Assembly (NCBI GenBank): GCA_965112155.1
Contig: OZ218105.1
DNA length: 64,000 bases
Source: Podarcis liolepis
Taxonomy: Eukaryota
Reading direction: 5' to 3' (one strand)
Under the pieces are notes generated by a model. The model did not search any database. It had not been told where the DNA came from and saw only the letters and a program-made list of their open reading frames with translations. The position numbers and the translations under genes are program-made. Within the stretch, counting starts at the first letter, position 1, and the number at the start of each line of letters is the position of its first letter. Positions 1-34,310 of the stretch are shown here, in pieces.

Positions 1-12
1 AGTAAAAGATCA

Positions 13-14327
<14,315 letters not shown>

Positions 14328-16051
14328 AGTCGCCGAAACACGACCAGCGGCCCCAAAGCACCGCTCTCTTCACTCACTCACTTACACAAACAGGCGAGCG
14401 GGTGGTTGGGGGAACTTTGGCCACGCCCCCGGCGCCGCGCGTGACGCCATCACGGCGCCCCATGACCCCTCCTGCGCGTGCGCGCAGCCTTCGCCATGCT
14501 CCGCCTTTTTCGTAAGCCCCGCCTCTTTTGTCATCCCGGTGCAAGAACGAGACAACCCTATTGAAGCCTTGCATGTTAGCTAAAAGACGAGCCCTGCTTG
14601 GTATTTGTACCCAAGGCAAACGCGCCTACAGGGTGATGGTTGTGCCTGCTGAGGCAGGTTGGCACCAGTGGATCAGGAGTCCGTGAGCGCCGAAATCACA
14701 TGGCGTCTAGGTCGCTTACGTAGGCCCCGACGGCGTTAGTGGAAGGGGAAAGAGTGATGCCTTGGAATTTATTTGCAAGGTCAGTCGGACGGAGACACGT
14801 GGCTCCGGTATAACCTCGACCCAGGAAAGTGGAACAGAGTTCACCAATAAAAGGTGCCGGAAGCTGCAATTATCTGAAGTATTTTAATCCTCTTTGATTT
14901 TAAATTGTCCCAATCCCACGGTCGCTTCCTACGGATTTCGGATTGCATCTCTCATTACATTACCCGCGCAGAAACTCTGTGATGAGACAGTTCGGTGTAA
15001 ATTGCAAGCCTAAGCACATTTATTGGGGAATAGAAACTGAACACAGTTACATAAAGTTACATAATCCTATGTTCGGTATTTTCGAGGACTCTGTTTTGAT
15101 TACTGTCAAGTAGTTGGGCTTAATCGCATAGAATACAGTAACATTTTCTCCCCAATTATGTGTGTGTAAGAACTGACATCGGTAGATGTTAACTCTGTGA
15201 TAATCCAGAGGCAAGTCCCCCCCCCCTGCTATGTATTCTAGTGATGGCCCTAGAAATCAAGGCCAGTTATGAAACCAGTTTGCTTAATTTTCTCTAATGT
15301 AACATGCCTGCCTTAAGTCAACTTGAATTTATTTTTGTTGTAAGAATGATTTTACAATGCGTTTGCAAGCGGCTTTGTACAATCTCATCTATATACAATG
15401 AAAATCATTCATTCTAAGTATGCGTGCATAGGACCGAACGCGCTGCAGAAAACGTGGAAGATTTTATTCCGTGAAAATGTGTGACCTGACTTAATTCGCA
15501 CCCTAAACCCAGTGAGACTGAAGTCAGTAAAAGTCAGAGGCCACGACGACACAAGATGCCACTCTTCTGCTTTCTGTTCGGGCAAAAATCAAAACACACC
15601 CCATGCCAAGGGCAGCCTTAGAATCCCACGCTCGGCTCACGCCTGATGCAGCCGGTACCGAAGCGCTACGGATCTGCAAACCCGCGAGGCAAAGCGAGTA
15701 GATCCACCCCAAGGAGTCACGCAATTGGCAAGAAACGGCACGTTTCCAGAGCCGAAGCCCTGACGTCACTGGCGAGGAATGTGAGCTGGGCGTCCCCTGT
15801 TCAAGGTCTTCACACGGACTCGACGCGTCCTTTCCCCGGGCATCGAAGGGTGCAGGGAGGCGGGAGCGAGCCGGGTGTCTTTCCAGCGGACAGGAGCGGC
15901 AATTGGCTGGCACGGTGAAGAAGGGAGGGCGGGAGACGGCTGACGTCATCGCCCACCCTCCTCCGGGGAAAAGCGCCGCCCTTTCCTTTGGGGCGGAGAA
16001 GCCGGTTCTTTCCATTGAGCCGCCATTAACGCCGCTGCCTTTACAGACAGG

Positions 16052-24448
<8,397 letters not shown>

Positions 24449-25360
24449 CAGTCTCTTTCTACAGCTGCATTTTGTACTAATTAGTGGTAATACCAGCATT
24501 TGTTACCTTGGTACAGCATTTCAGCTTCTAGCAAATCTGTGCATGTTGTTGTCATGTTACTTGAAAGCCTGCATGCCTCGTATATATACACACATTGCAT
24601 ATAGAGGAACAGCCCCCTTATTCTTTAACTCAGGAATTTGGGGGGGCGTCTGTACTGTTTAATGCTTTGACACAGGAAAAGGTTCTTATGAACCTGCATG
24701 TGTGGGCCACTAATAAGGCCCACCTTCTGTTTTTTGGTAAATCTCTTTTGAGTAAGTGGAATACTGTTAGAAGAACTGTTGCACCTTGGCCCCATAGTAT
24801 TTTGGAAGTAGGTGAAGCTCTGTACAACCAGTCCTCTTGATCCAATGCATGGTATGCTTTGGGGTGAAATACTTGAGGTTGTTAACTAGTTCACGCTACC
24901 TCCGGACTTAGCCTACAGTATGGCAGTTCTTGCCTATCAGTGTAGAAATACAGTCCCATCGCTGCTTGGACAGAAGGGTTCTCGTTTAAAAGAAAGCAGT
25001 TTTTGAAGTCACAATTAGAACATTTGCACCTGTTTACTTGGTCCTTGTTGGTTTTTGCTTTTGAGGCAGCTTAAAATCTGTGCAAAAAGAATGCAAAAAG
25101 AAGAAACTGGTTTTCAAAAGTGCCAGCTATTAAGCTTTATTGTCGCTCAGCACATTTTGGAACTGTCATTCCTCCCTCATGGTGCCCGAGAGGCAGCAGC
25201 ATTTAGGTAAGTTGCTTCAGAAAGTCCAAGATTGATCCTGAAGAAGGAACTTCTGTTCTGAAACACATTGTACTATCATAAACTTCCGTAGTTGGCACTT
25301 GTGAGAATTGGGTTCTACTTTTTCTCTTCTTTGCATTATTTCTAGTGTCTGGGCCTCCCA

Positions 25361-25426
25361 TTGTTTAGTCGTGCCCGACTCTTCATGACCCCATGGACCA
25401 GAGCACACCAGGCACTCCTGTCTTAC
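25361..25426 (-). mobile_element. BovB/RTE 3'-end fragment
   Basis: TTTAGTCGTGCCCGACTCTTCATGACCCCATGGACCAGAGCAC matches the BovB-type 3' terminus. Confidence 0.65.
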
Positions 25427-26937
25427 TTTATTTTAATTAGGCAGGAATCATGCAAAACCTTTTGGCTGCATTTGGCTGCATATTTTTGTTATGAGCACAA
25501 GCCTCACTCTCTTCTCCCTGCATTTTGTGAGGGGAGGTTAGAAGTGTTCACTTGCAGTTTTGCCCCAACATGGCCAACTGTGGTTTGCTTGTTTGCAAAA
25601 CCAGGATTGGGGGAAGATGAATTGAACATATCAGTTTGTTTTCTCATCCTGGTATGGCAAACTACAATTTGTTGCAGACTAGAAGTTGAAATAGCTTCTC
25701 TTCCTCCACATGTAAGTGGGGAACATGAGGAAATATATGAACAACAAACCATGATTCATTTTTTCACATCTAAAATCCAGGCTTTTATCTAAACATACAC
25801 TAATATATAAATAGTTTTGCTATAACAAAACAGATGTTTTTGTCTAAATGCATTGTTTTAAGAGGCATTGCTAGCATCTGTTTGACTTGCGGGGAACTTC
25901 AGTGACCACCTTTTTCGTTCCTTGAGCTTGACTGCCAAGCTTGGAAACAGATTATTTGACTGTTGAACCTGCCCTTAAAACCCTCAATTTTCATTTGCAG
26001 AATACAGTTACCAAACATGCCTTAGTGTTGTGTAATACTTAACTACTCCCAATTTTGGAGTGTGTGTATATATTACAAAAAAAAAATATAGTAAACTCTC
26101 ACTCTATGTTTTCAGTTTTACCATTAAGACTGTGAAATGTTTCAGAGTTTAAAATTTTATGCTCTCAATCGTTTGTTAAGTAGTAACCACTGAAATTATG
26201 TCCAGTTCTTAACTCTCATTCTATATGTTCAGTGTGCTACCACCATGTACGTAAATATATTAAAAGGTGCATGCTTTAATTGGAAATATGCTTGCTCAAG
26301 TCATATACTAATATGCTGTTTTATGGTACAACAGAAACTCAGTAAACCAATCCTCTGTCAGATTGTTTTTGCTAGTTCCGCGCATGTTAAAAAGAACCCT
26401 GGTCTTCTTATGGGTCCAGCATTTTGTTTTTAAAGGCTTGCCAGATGTCTATGGGAAGCAAATAAGTAAGTCATCAGCCCAATAGACCACTCTAACTAAG
26501 GTCATTTCAAACTCAACAAAATCGTTCAACATGCTCAGTTACTATGTAAACGAATGACCAGTCCTCTCAAGGAACGCCGGCCAGACTGGATCAAACTTGG
26601 CATCTGCTCAATTGTGTCACATGCAGCTGTATATATCATTGTTCCTGAAATAATTACTGGCATGGGGGAGTCTGATGGGGACTTTTTCCATTCAGATTAT
26701 GGTGAGTGGGTGAAAAGATAAGCCTCCTCTCCCTACCGGTTGCCTTCCCAGTAAGAATCTTAGGCAAATGTCTAGTTTGGTCCTAAAAAATCCACAGTTC
26801 CACCCTCTCCTTTAAAAAAGCTGCAACCTAGTTCACCCCACCAATGTGCTTAGAATATACTCAAACCAAGCTGTCATTTCATTTCTTAGAATGTGTTAAG
26901 ATGTACGTGTGCTATGCTTTAAGCCCCAACACTAGTA

Positions 26938-27292
26938 CAGTGGTGCCTCGCAAGACGAAATTAATTCGTTCCGCGAGTTTTGTCGTCTTGCGATTTTTTT
27001 CTTCTTGCGAAGCACGGTGTCGGGAAAGTTTTGGAAAAGCTTCAAAAATCACCAAAGTCTTTAAAAACCTCAAAAAAGGCTACCACACCGCGTTCTATGA
27101 GTTGCTCCTCGAAGTCAAGTCGCAACTGTATTAACGGTGTTAAGAAAAAGGAAACAAACTTGCAAGACGTTTCCGTCTTGCGAAGCAAGCCCATAGGGAA
27201 AATCATCTTGCGAAGCAACTCAAAAAACCAAAAACCCTTTCGTCTAGCGAGTTTTTTGTCTTGCGAGGCATTCGTCTTGCGAGGTACCACTG
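26938..27292. mobile_element. Tc1/mariner (Tigger-like) MITE, family C
   Basis: 22-bp TIR CAGTGGTGCCTCGCAAGACGAA / TTCGTCTTGCGAGGTACCACTG, TA TSD, repeated internal GTCTTGCGA motifs, CpG-rich (young). Confidence 0.9.
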
Positions 27293-27713
27293 TATTTAGT
27301 GTTATAGCATGGAGGTTTGTTGATCAAAAGCACTTGGTGCTATAACAATGCAATAATTCCTGTTCTATCTCCCATAGCAATCCTGTGAATTTCTTCATTT
27401 GACATGTCATATGTCTGTTATTAGTGGGGCCCTTTTTTATTCTTATCTGATGCTTTGATTTTTAAACCCAACTTGTGAAGTTTGTAATGCTCAGAACTTC
27501 ATTCAGTTGAAGGATTGGGTTAAAGGTGGTTAGTTCTGACCCGAGGCCAGGAATGGAAAACACTTCAAACTGAATGGTGTTTTCAAAAGTAACAAATAAT
27601 TGAAGAAATTCAAATAATTCTGGCCAAGTGCATTGGGTCATATGCACACTACAGTCTTTTCTACAGGAAATTCTGGGCACTGCAATACCATCATCCAGTA
27701 ACAATTACTAGAA

Positions 27714-27827
27714 ATATATATATATAGTCCAGTAGCACCTTAGAGACCAACTAAGTTTGCTCTTGGTATGAGCTTTCGTGTGCATGCACACTTCTTCAGA
27801 CCAACACAGCTACCTACCTGAATCTAG
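27714..27827 (-). mobile_element. Penelope-like terminal fragment with inverted junction, 11-bp TSD
   Basis: TCCAGTAGCACCTTAGAGACC...CACTTCTTCAGA fused to inverted CCAACACAGCTACCTACCTG; AATTACTAGAA at 27703-27713 and 27828-27838. Confidence 0.78.
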
Positions 27828-27959
27828 AATTACTAGAACTGTTTGGAGAAAAATACGGTTGTGATATTCTTAGAAGCCCAGTATAAGGTTACAGTGTAGA
27901 TAAGCCCAAAGGCTGTTTCTTCAATCTATTGGTTCAGTACACTTTCTATTTCAAGACTA

Positions 27960-28192
27960 AGGGTGGCTTCCAGTTAACTTGTTCAATCAGCACAAGGATT
28001 TTCACTTGCAGAAGGAAACTTACACTCCTCTTCTTTCACTGTGCATGCCCCATACCCTCCCCAAATCTGCTTTATAAGGTTGGGGGTACAGCAGAACAGA
28101 TTTAGGGGGGTGCCAGGGAAAGGAGAGGGGGTTAGTTCTGTTGTGCAGTGGGAAATCTGCACACTGACAGAGCAAGCTAGTTGCTTTTTCAC
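27960..28192. repeat. Dispersed imperfect-hairpin (MITE-like) repeat; related copies near 980, 2935-3380, 20800, 28700-28885, 45050, 45870, 48455
   Basis: Shared CCCCAAATCTG...GGGTTGGGGG...ACAGATTT core with inverted flanks. Confidence 0.55.
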
Positions 28193-29705
28193 AGTTTAGA
28201 AACAACAAATGCAAATAATATAGCCATCTCTCTCTCTTCCTGGAGTGTTGACCTGAGCTGTTAAGTTTACAGATTTCAACTGAGCACATTTGTATCCAGA
28301 AAGATTATGTAACTGTCATTTAATCCAGTAGTGTTCTGTTGCAATTAAAATAAGCATCTATAAAAAATTAGGTTGGTAGTTAAAGCAGCCATGGTGTAGT
28401 ACAGGCTTAAAACTAACAGTAATTTGGTTCGAAATGTTAAGCTTTAAGCTATTTAGTATTCTATGCAAAGACTGTGTTCAGGCTTTTCATAATGCAGATG
28501 GGTGCACAGTTTCAAAGAAATTAGCTATAGTCCAGGTAATAAGAGGAGAGGCAGTTCTTGAGCAAAAGTATCTTTTGATCACATGCTAAGTGGCCTTTTG
28601 CATCTGGCCAGGTGATTAGGCTCCTAGCCTGAAAACTTATGGAGGCTCTCACTTTTTTGTTGAGTTTCTCTACTTGAGCTTACTGAGGTTTTCTCCTCAG
28701 TTCCACTAGCGCAAGCACTTTTAACTATTCACAAGAACCTACCCCACCTACACACCCTCTAAATCTGCCCTGAAGGGTTGAGGGCAAACTCAAAAAATAT
28801 TTAGAGGGTGCACAGGTTAAAGCAGTTCCATTGTGCAGCCAAGAGTGCTTGCACTGGTGCAACTGTTGAGTTGAATACTGCCCAGCATGTGTTTCAAGCT
28901 CTTCTTATTTAGGTTTGCCTTCTGTAGCTGGTCTTTAGGCCCAGTTAAACTGAATTCTTGCAGAAGCGGTGCTCTTGCTTCCTACGTTGCTCTGTACTGA
29001 GCATCAGTGATAGTAATTTAGTGTTTCATGATAGAGAGTAAACAGGATGGGAAAGAAACCATAAACTATAAGTTCATAAATAACGTTCATTAGGACTTGT
29101 AACAACTTTTCCATTGCTAGGATGAAGTGGAAGAAATTGAAGGGGGAAATATTATTGGTGGGAGAAGGGCTAGTATTAGGCCTCATGTCTGTTCTGTTGC
29201 AATCTTACCATGGTAATGGAGGAAGCCACAGAAATGTGATAGGAAAAATTTCAGGTTGTTCAGAGGCATTCTGGGGATAAGAAGCAAACGATGCTTTGCA
29301 CTTTGGAAAGCGTGGGTAGTCAAAACTCTCTCTAGCATTGATCCAAGTGCAACAGTCTCTTGTAATTGTGCCTTGCTAGACAGATATAACATTTGTACTC
29401 TGCAAAAGAGCTAGCTTGTAGTCTTGTAACTTTGTTGGCCTATTATTACTAAGAAAAATGTATAGTCTAAGCAGATCACCCTTCAATTTAAGGTTTTCCT
29501 TGTTACAGAAGCAAAGGTGGACTAGAATGAAATAATCTCGTCGTACAAATTCAGTGGCACAATTCATTATGATACATTCATAATTCAGAAGACAACAAAG
29601 CAGTTTGCTTTGGGAGATCTTTTGGTGTCTGACAGAGGAAAGATTTAGAAGTTTAACATCAATGTATCTGGTCAATCCACTTAGCTCTTGTGCCTTCTTT
29701 AACAG

Positions 29706-29798
29706 GGTCGAGAAGCCTTGGAATGGGTGATTGGCGAACTAACTTCGACGCGAGAGAGCATGAAGTCCGCAATGGCAGCAGCTTCAGCGGAGGACTGA
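29706..29798 (+). CDS. PRELID3A: PRELID3A alternative terminal exon 6b (GREALEWVIGELTSTRESMKSAMAAASAED*), 185-aa isoform
   Basis: ccttctttaacag| acceptor, phase 0, open for 30 codons to TGA; locally CpG-rich in an AT-rich region; resembles the PRELID3B/SLMO2 C-terminus. Confidence 0.82.
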   Translation, partial: GREALEWVIGELTSTRESMKSAMAAASAED

Positions 29799-32700
29799 TG
29801 GAACTGTGACAGAACTTTATTTTTCCATTATATTTTCTCCTTGCCAGGATGGATATTCCATTGTTTTTTATTTAGAAATATATATGTTTATATAATGAAA
29901 TTTTACAGGTCAGAAGCAAACCCTCCCCCCCCCCAATTTTTAAGCCTTTCTAGGGCCCTCTATTTGTCCACAGTGTAAGTTAACTTTTTTTTTCTTTCCC
30001 ATGGCCTCTAGTTACAAGTGCCCAAATTTGATAGAGTATAGTGACCTTAAGTCCTACTGAAGTTAAACGGAACTGGCAGAGCACATTGAAGATCAACATC
30101 TACATAAGTACCAAACTGTGCCTTGATCAGAGCTGAGAGAATAGACTTCCCATCTTATATAACCATTTTCTTGTACTTGAAATTTATTTATTTAGTTCTT
30201 TAAAAGTGCAGCTGCCATTCTTATTCTGTAAACGACAAATAGGTACAGAAAGCACTGGGGATCTCTCTCTCTCTCTCTACAGGCTAGATAAGTATAGTGA
30301 GGAGGTGAAATGTGATGGCACAGGAGATTGACTGACACCTGATGTGATCGTCTATGTGGTTCTGCAACACAACCTTCGTTTTACTTAGTGGAGCCTGAAA
30401 GAAGATCTGAACAACCTTCCCTGAAATGAAGGTTGGTGTGCAACAAAGTTCCATGGTGGACTGTGCCCTTTGTTGGAGGCTGGAGATCTCCTCCTGAGAC
30501 TTTGGCTTTGTGGATATTAATTCTTCCTTGCACTGTTCAAATGCAGATTCTGAACAAGGTGTTCTAGCACGCTACCTCCTAGTATTTATACTGAAACCAC
30601 TGAGAGCAGCCATTTTGCTGTGGTAAAAATGGCTTGAATCCTCTTGTCCATTTTTGTTTTGATTTTTCAGTAGCTAATTTATTTCCATATATATGAATAT
30701 ACCCTCTGGTCACTTATTATGTGAAGACAATTGATACCTCAGTGGGAAGTACTAGGAAACTTATTTTCTATATGTAATGGGCATATGTTTGCAGTACTTA
30801 GTTGTGTAATTCATTTCTTACTTTTAGCAATGGATACAAGACCATAAAGGATATTTATGGCCCACCCCACATTTCACACCCATCTTCTGGTGCTTTGTTT
30901 AGCAGTTCCGGGGAGGAGACTGTTTCATAGTGGTAGGGGGAATGTGATGTTGTGAAGCACAACCACCTCTCCCGCCGAGCCAACAGCTTTCATCATTGAG
31001 CAGGTTTAAACTCCATTTCTGACCTCTGATTTCAATGGAATTTTCTTCTGTACAACATCTAGAAGTAGTTCTATTGAAGCCAGTAAGGACAGAGCACTTG
31101 CTTAAAAGTAGGATATGATGGCAGTAGCCCTAGATGTTCCACACAGAAGATTAGAGAAAAAGAAGAATGAATAGCAGGCTTTTCAGTGGAATTATTTTGG
31201 AAGCCTGCAGGTCCATGTAACTTCAAAAGTAGTTAATAGTGTTACATTTGTGTGATTCAAAGTTTTGTTAACAGTTCATTCATTGATGAAAGCCAATCAT
31301 CAATTCAATTCTCTCTTCAAACTTTGCTTGCAGTTTATCTCTTCTGAATATTTTGCAAAAAGCTGAAAGAAAAAACTGAAGGCTGAAATCTTACTTGTTT
31401 AATCTTGGGGACTGGGCACGGTGTGGAATAAGAAAGATGCCAAAATTCAGCATGCTACATCCTAACTCTTACATGGAAGCATAACAACATGCCAAGAAAA
31501 CTTAGGCTGTAGCTAAGCTGCATGCACATCTAAGTGGAATAGGGATGGATTGTTACTGGAGCCTTTTTTGCTCCCTCCCTCCGTCCCCACCAGCCTGAAT
31601 AACCCACGGCATTAACAATTTTTAAGCCCTGGCAGAAAAAGAGCTTTTTTTTAATATGACCAAAGCATTTTTCTTCCATTTTAATATACTTTGTACAAAG
31701 GATAGTTGGATTACAAAGAGCCTGCCTTCTGTGAAGGGTATCAGGCCTGTCATGGAAGAGGTGGTATGGCTGGGGCAGAGAAGTTCAGCATTCTAGCCCA
31801 TATGTGTGGCTTCATTGCAAGAAGTGGACCAGTTAACCAAAGTCACCAGCTTTCATATGGAATCCTTCACCCCACTTCCTTTATTTTGTGTGAAGGTAAA
31901 CTTGTCCGTGCTTATTCATGTGCACTTCTTCCTTCTGTCTTCTATACAGTCCTACTCCTGTCTCCTTAATAGTCCTACTCCTGTCTCCTAAAGACAATTA
32001 GCCACACTCTTTCTTACCTTTGCTCTTTTTTGTTCCTTCCACGGATCTTGGCTGATGGAGCTCTCATATGACTGCAGCTCCACAGACTGTCACTTGGTGT
32101 CTTGCTTGGTGCGATGTTGTCTCTTAAGGCTGTTCTCTTAGTTCCCTAGTGGATCTTAGAGCTCACAAACCTCCGGGCAGGCAAGCTTGGTACTATTGTT
32201 TTTATATTGTTTACTTACCAAATAATGACCACAGTCTTACATTTTCCTGGCTAGCACATATTTATTACATATTTAACATGGCACAGGAATATGGGCTCCT
32301 TTGGGAGGAAGAGCAGGATAGAATTTAATAATAAAATCATGGAAAATAAAAATATGTTGCATTTTCACTCCTTAGCATGTGAAAATAGAGCATTGCTCTT
32401 TCCATCATGGCTGCCACTACCCTTGCTTCTTGCCCCTTCACATCTTCAGTAAAAGCACTCCATGCTTTTCCTTTGTCCTTGGTTCTTCTTTTGTTCTGTA
32501 GGGGGTTCTTCTTTTGTTCTGCACCATCTTCTGCCCCTGAACATTCCAAATAACCCACCCTTGAAGCTTTATAAAATCAAAAATACATGAGCTGAGAGAA
32601 TCTGCATCGCTTCCCACACAAGTATTGGCTGGGTGGGACAGTACACAAAGGGATGGTGGGGCAACAATTTAGGACTTTGCCCATTCAGCCTTTTCCTCCA

Positions 32701-34184
32701 CCATGCATGGTCAGGATTTGCTTTACTTTAGGAAGAAGTTATTCTTCCAGTGACAGCACCTTTCTGAATAGGACTCTGAAGAGAGCATTTTAAAACTTGT
32801 TCCCAGGCTCTGTCTCACAACTGTTACATTCAGTGAGAAAATTGCCATGCATGCCATGTGTCATCCCAGGGTAAGGAGAGTCTCTAGCTACTAAATCTCT
32901 TCCTGTCTCATGGTTATTTAAAGGAAAGACAGTAGTTTTCAGCAGATAGCAGTAACCTTAACTGATACCTAAAGTTCTGTTGGCCAGATTCACTAACAAA
33001 TACTGATACTCGTTTGGAGAACTGGGTGTTAGACAGTAGACTGTCTCCTGCTGCACTTGTTGTTCCTATGTGCAAATAAAGGCAAAGCTTCTGTACTTCT
33101 AAGAGTTACATAGCACAGGGAGCTGAAGCAGGTCAAGCACAGACGAGGAGTTGCACATGAGAAAACTGCAATTGTTGAAACGGTATAGTAGTGCTGTCTT
33201 TCTTGGCATTTGGTCACAATTCTTTGTTTAATCCAAACTACCTTGATTGTTCAAAAACCACTGCTTTTCATTATGTAAACAACCTTGATTAACACTGCTT
33301 TCATGCAGGTGCCATTAATGTGAAGGTGTGCTTGTGGGGAGGGGAGCGAATGCTTAATCAGCTGCGACTTGAAGGATAATTGCATGCAGAAGTGTTTCTC
33401 TTCCTGTATCTCTTGCCTGCGTTTAGACTGTAAGCTCTTCTGAGCAGAGAATCTCTCTATCTGAAATGTTAAATGCTATGGACATCTGGGGCTATAAATA
33501 ACATGACCTACTTAAAAATAGCAAACTGTCTTTTCTTTTTTTATATATAGTAAAACAAAAGACTGCTTTTGTGTTAATTGCCAAATGGGATGATCATGCA
33601 GTACACAACTGAGTCACAAACACTAAAAATAGCACAAGGGAGGCCGGTAGGTGCCGCCCTGGAATTAACCAGCCCATCATTGCAATTAAGAGGTTTTGGG
33701 AGAGTACCTTGGCACTCATTAATTGTGGTTGAACTATTAATACAATGCTTTTATGTTATTACCCCAGCTAGGGCACACAGAAAATTTAACTTACTTTGTT
33801 ATATTGGTACTGCTAAGATGTACTTTAAAAAAACAAAACCTCAGTCTTCACTTCCTTTTCTCCCAGAAGTTGGAAGCCACTTACCTATGAGTAAACCCTA
33901 CTAAATACAAGAGGTATTATTTTGCATAAACATGCAAAGGATTGTACTATGTATCTATTGAGAAAGCGGAGCTTGTACATTAGCTTCCTTAAAGTGTTAT
34001 TAGTGCATGGAGACATGGACTAACTGGAAGTACGATTTAGCAAAATAAGATGAGGGACCCATCTTAATTGTGCAGCCATCAAGGTGGTGATTGTAAATCT
34101 TGTGAAAACAATCAATGAAACTTAATTCTAACCTTTGGGGGAAGTCCCATTCTCATGTGTTTACATAAATAGCAGAAAAGTCCT

Positions 34185-34310
34185 CTGAAGAAGTGTGCAT
34201 GCACACGAAAGCCCATACCAATAACAAACTTAGTTGGTCTCTAAGGTGCTACTGGAAGGAATTTTTTTATTTTGTTTTGACTATGGCAGACCAACACGGC
34301 TACCTACCTG
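34185..34310 (+). mobile_element. Penelope-like terminal fragment (solo), hammerhead core mutated
   Basis: CTGAAGAAGTGTGCATGCACACGAAAGCCCATACC...GGCTACCTACCTG; imperfect flanking repeat TAGCAGAAAAGT/TAGCGGAAAGT. Confidence 0.78.

Noticed and set aside
29706-29798. Idea that exon 6b is a PRELID3B retro-pseudogene fragment
   Set aside because: Similarity begins exactly at a splice acceptor in the right phase, with no upstream exon-5-like sequence, poly(A) or TSD. An exon fits better.
31949-31990. Short tandem duplications (AGTCCTACTCCTGTCTCCT x2; also TAGGCAAGGAAGTCTAACA x2 near 52926)
   Set aside because: Ordinary slippage duplications with no sign of function.
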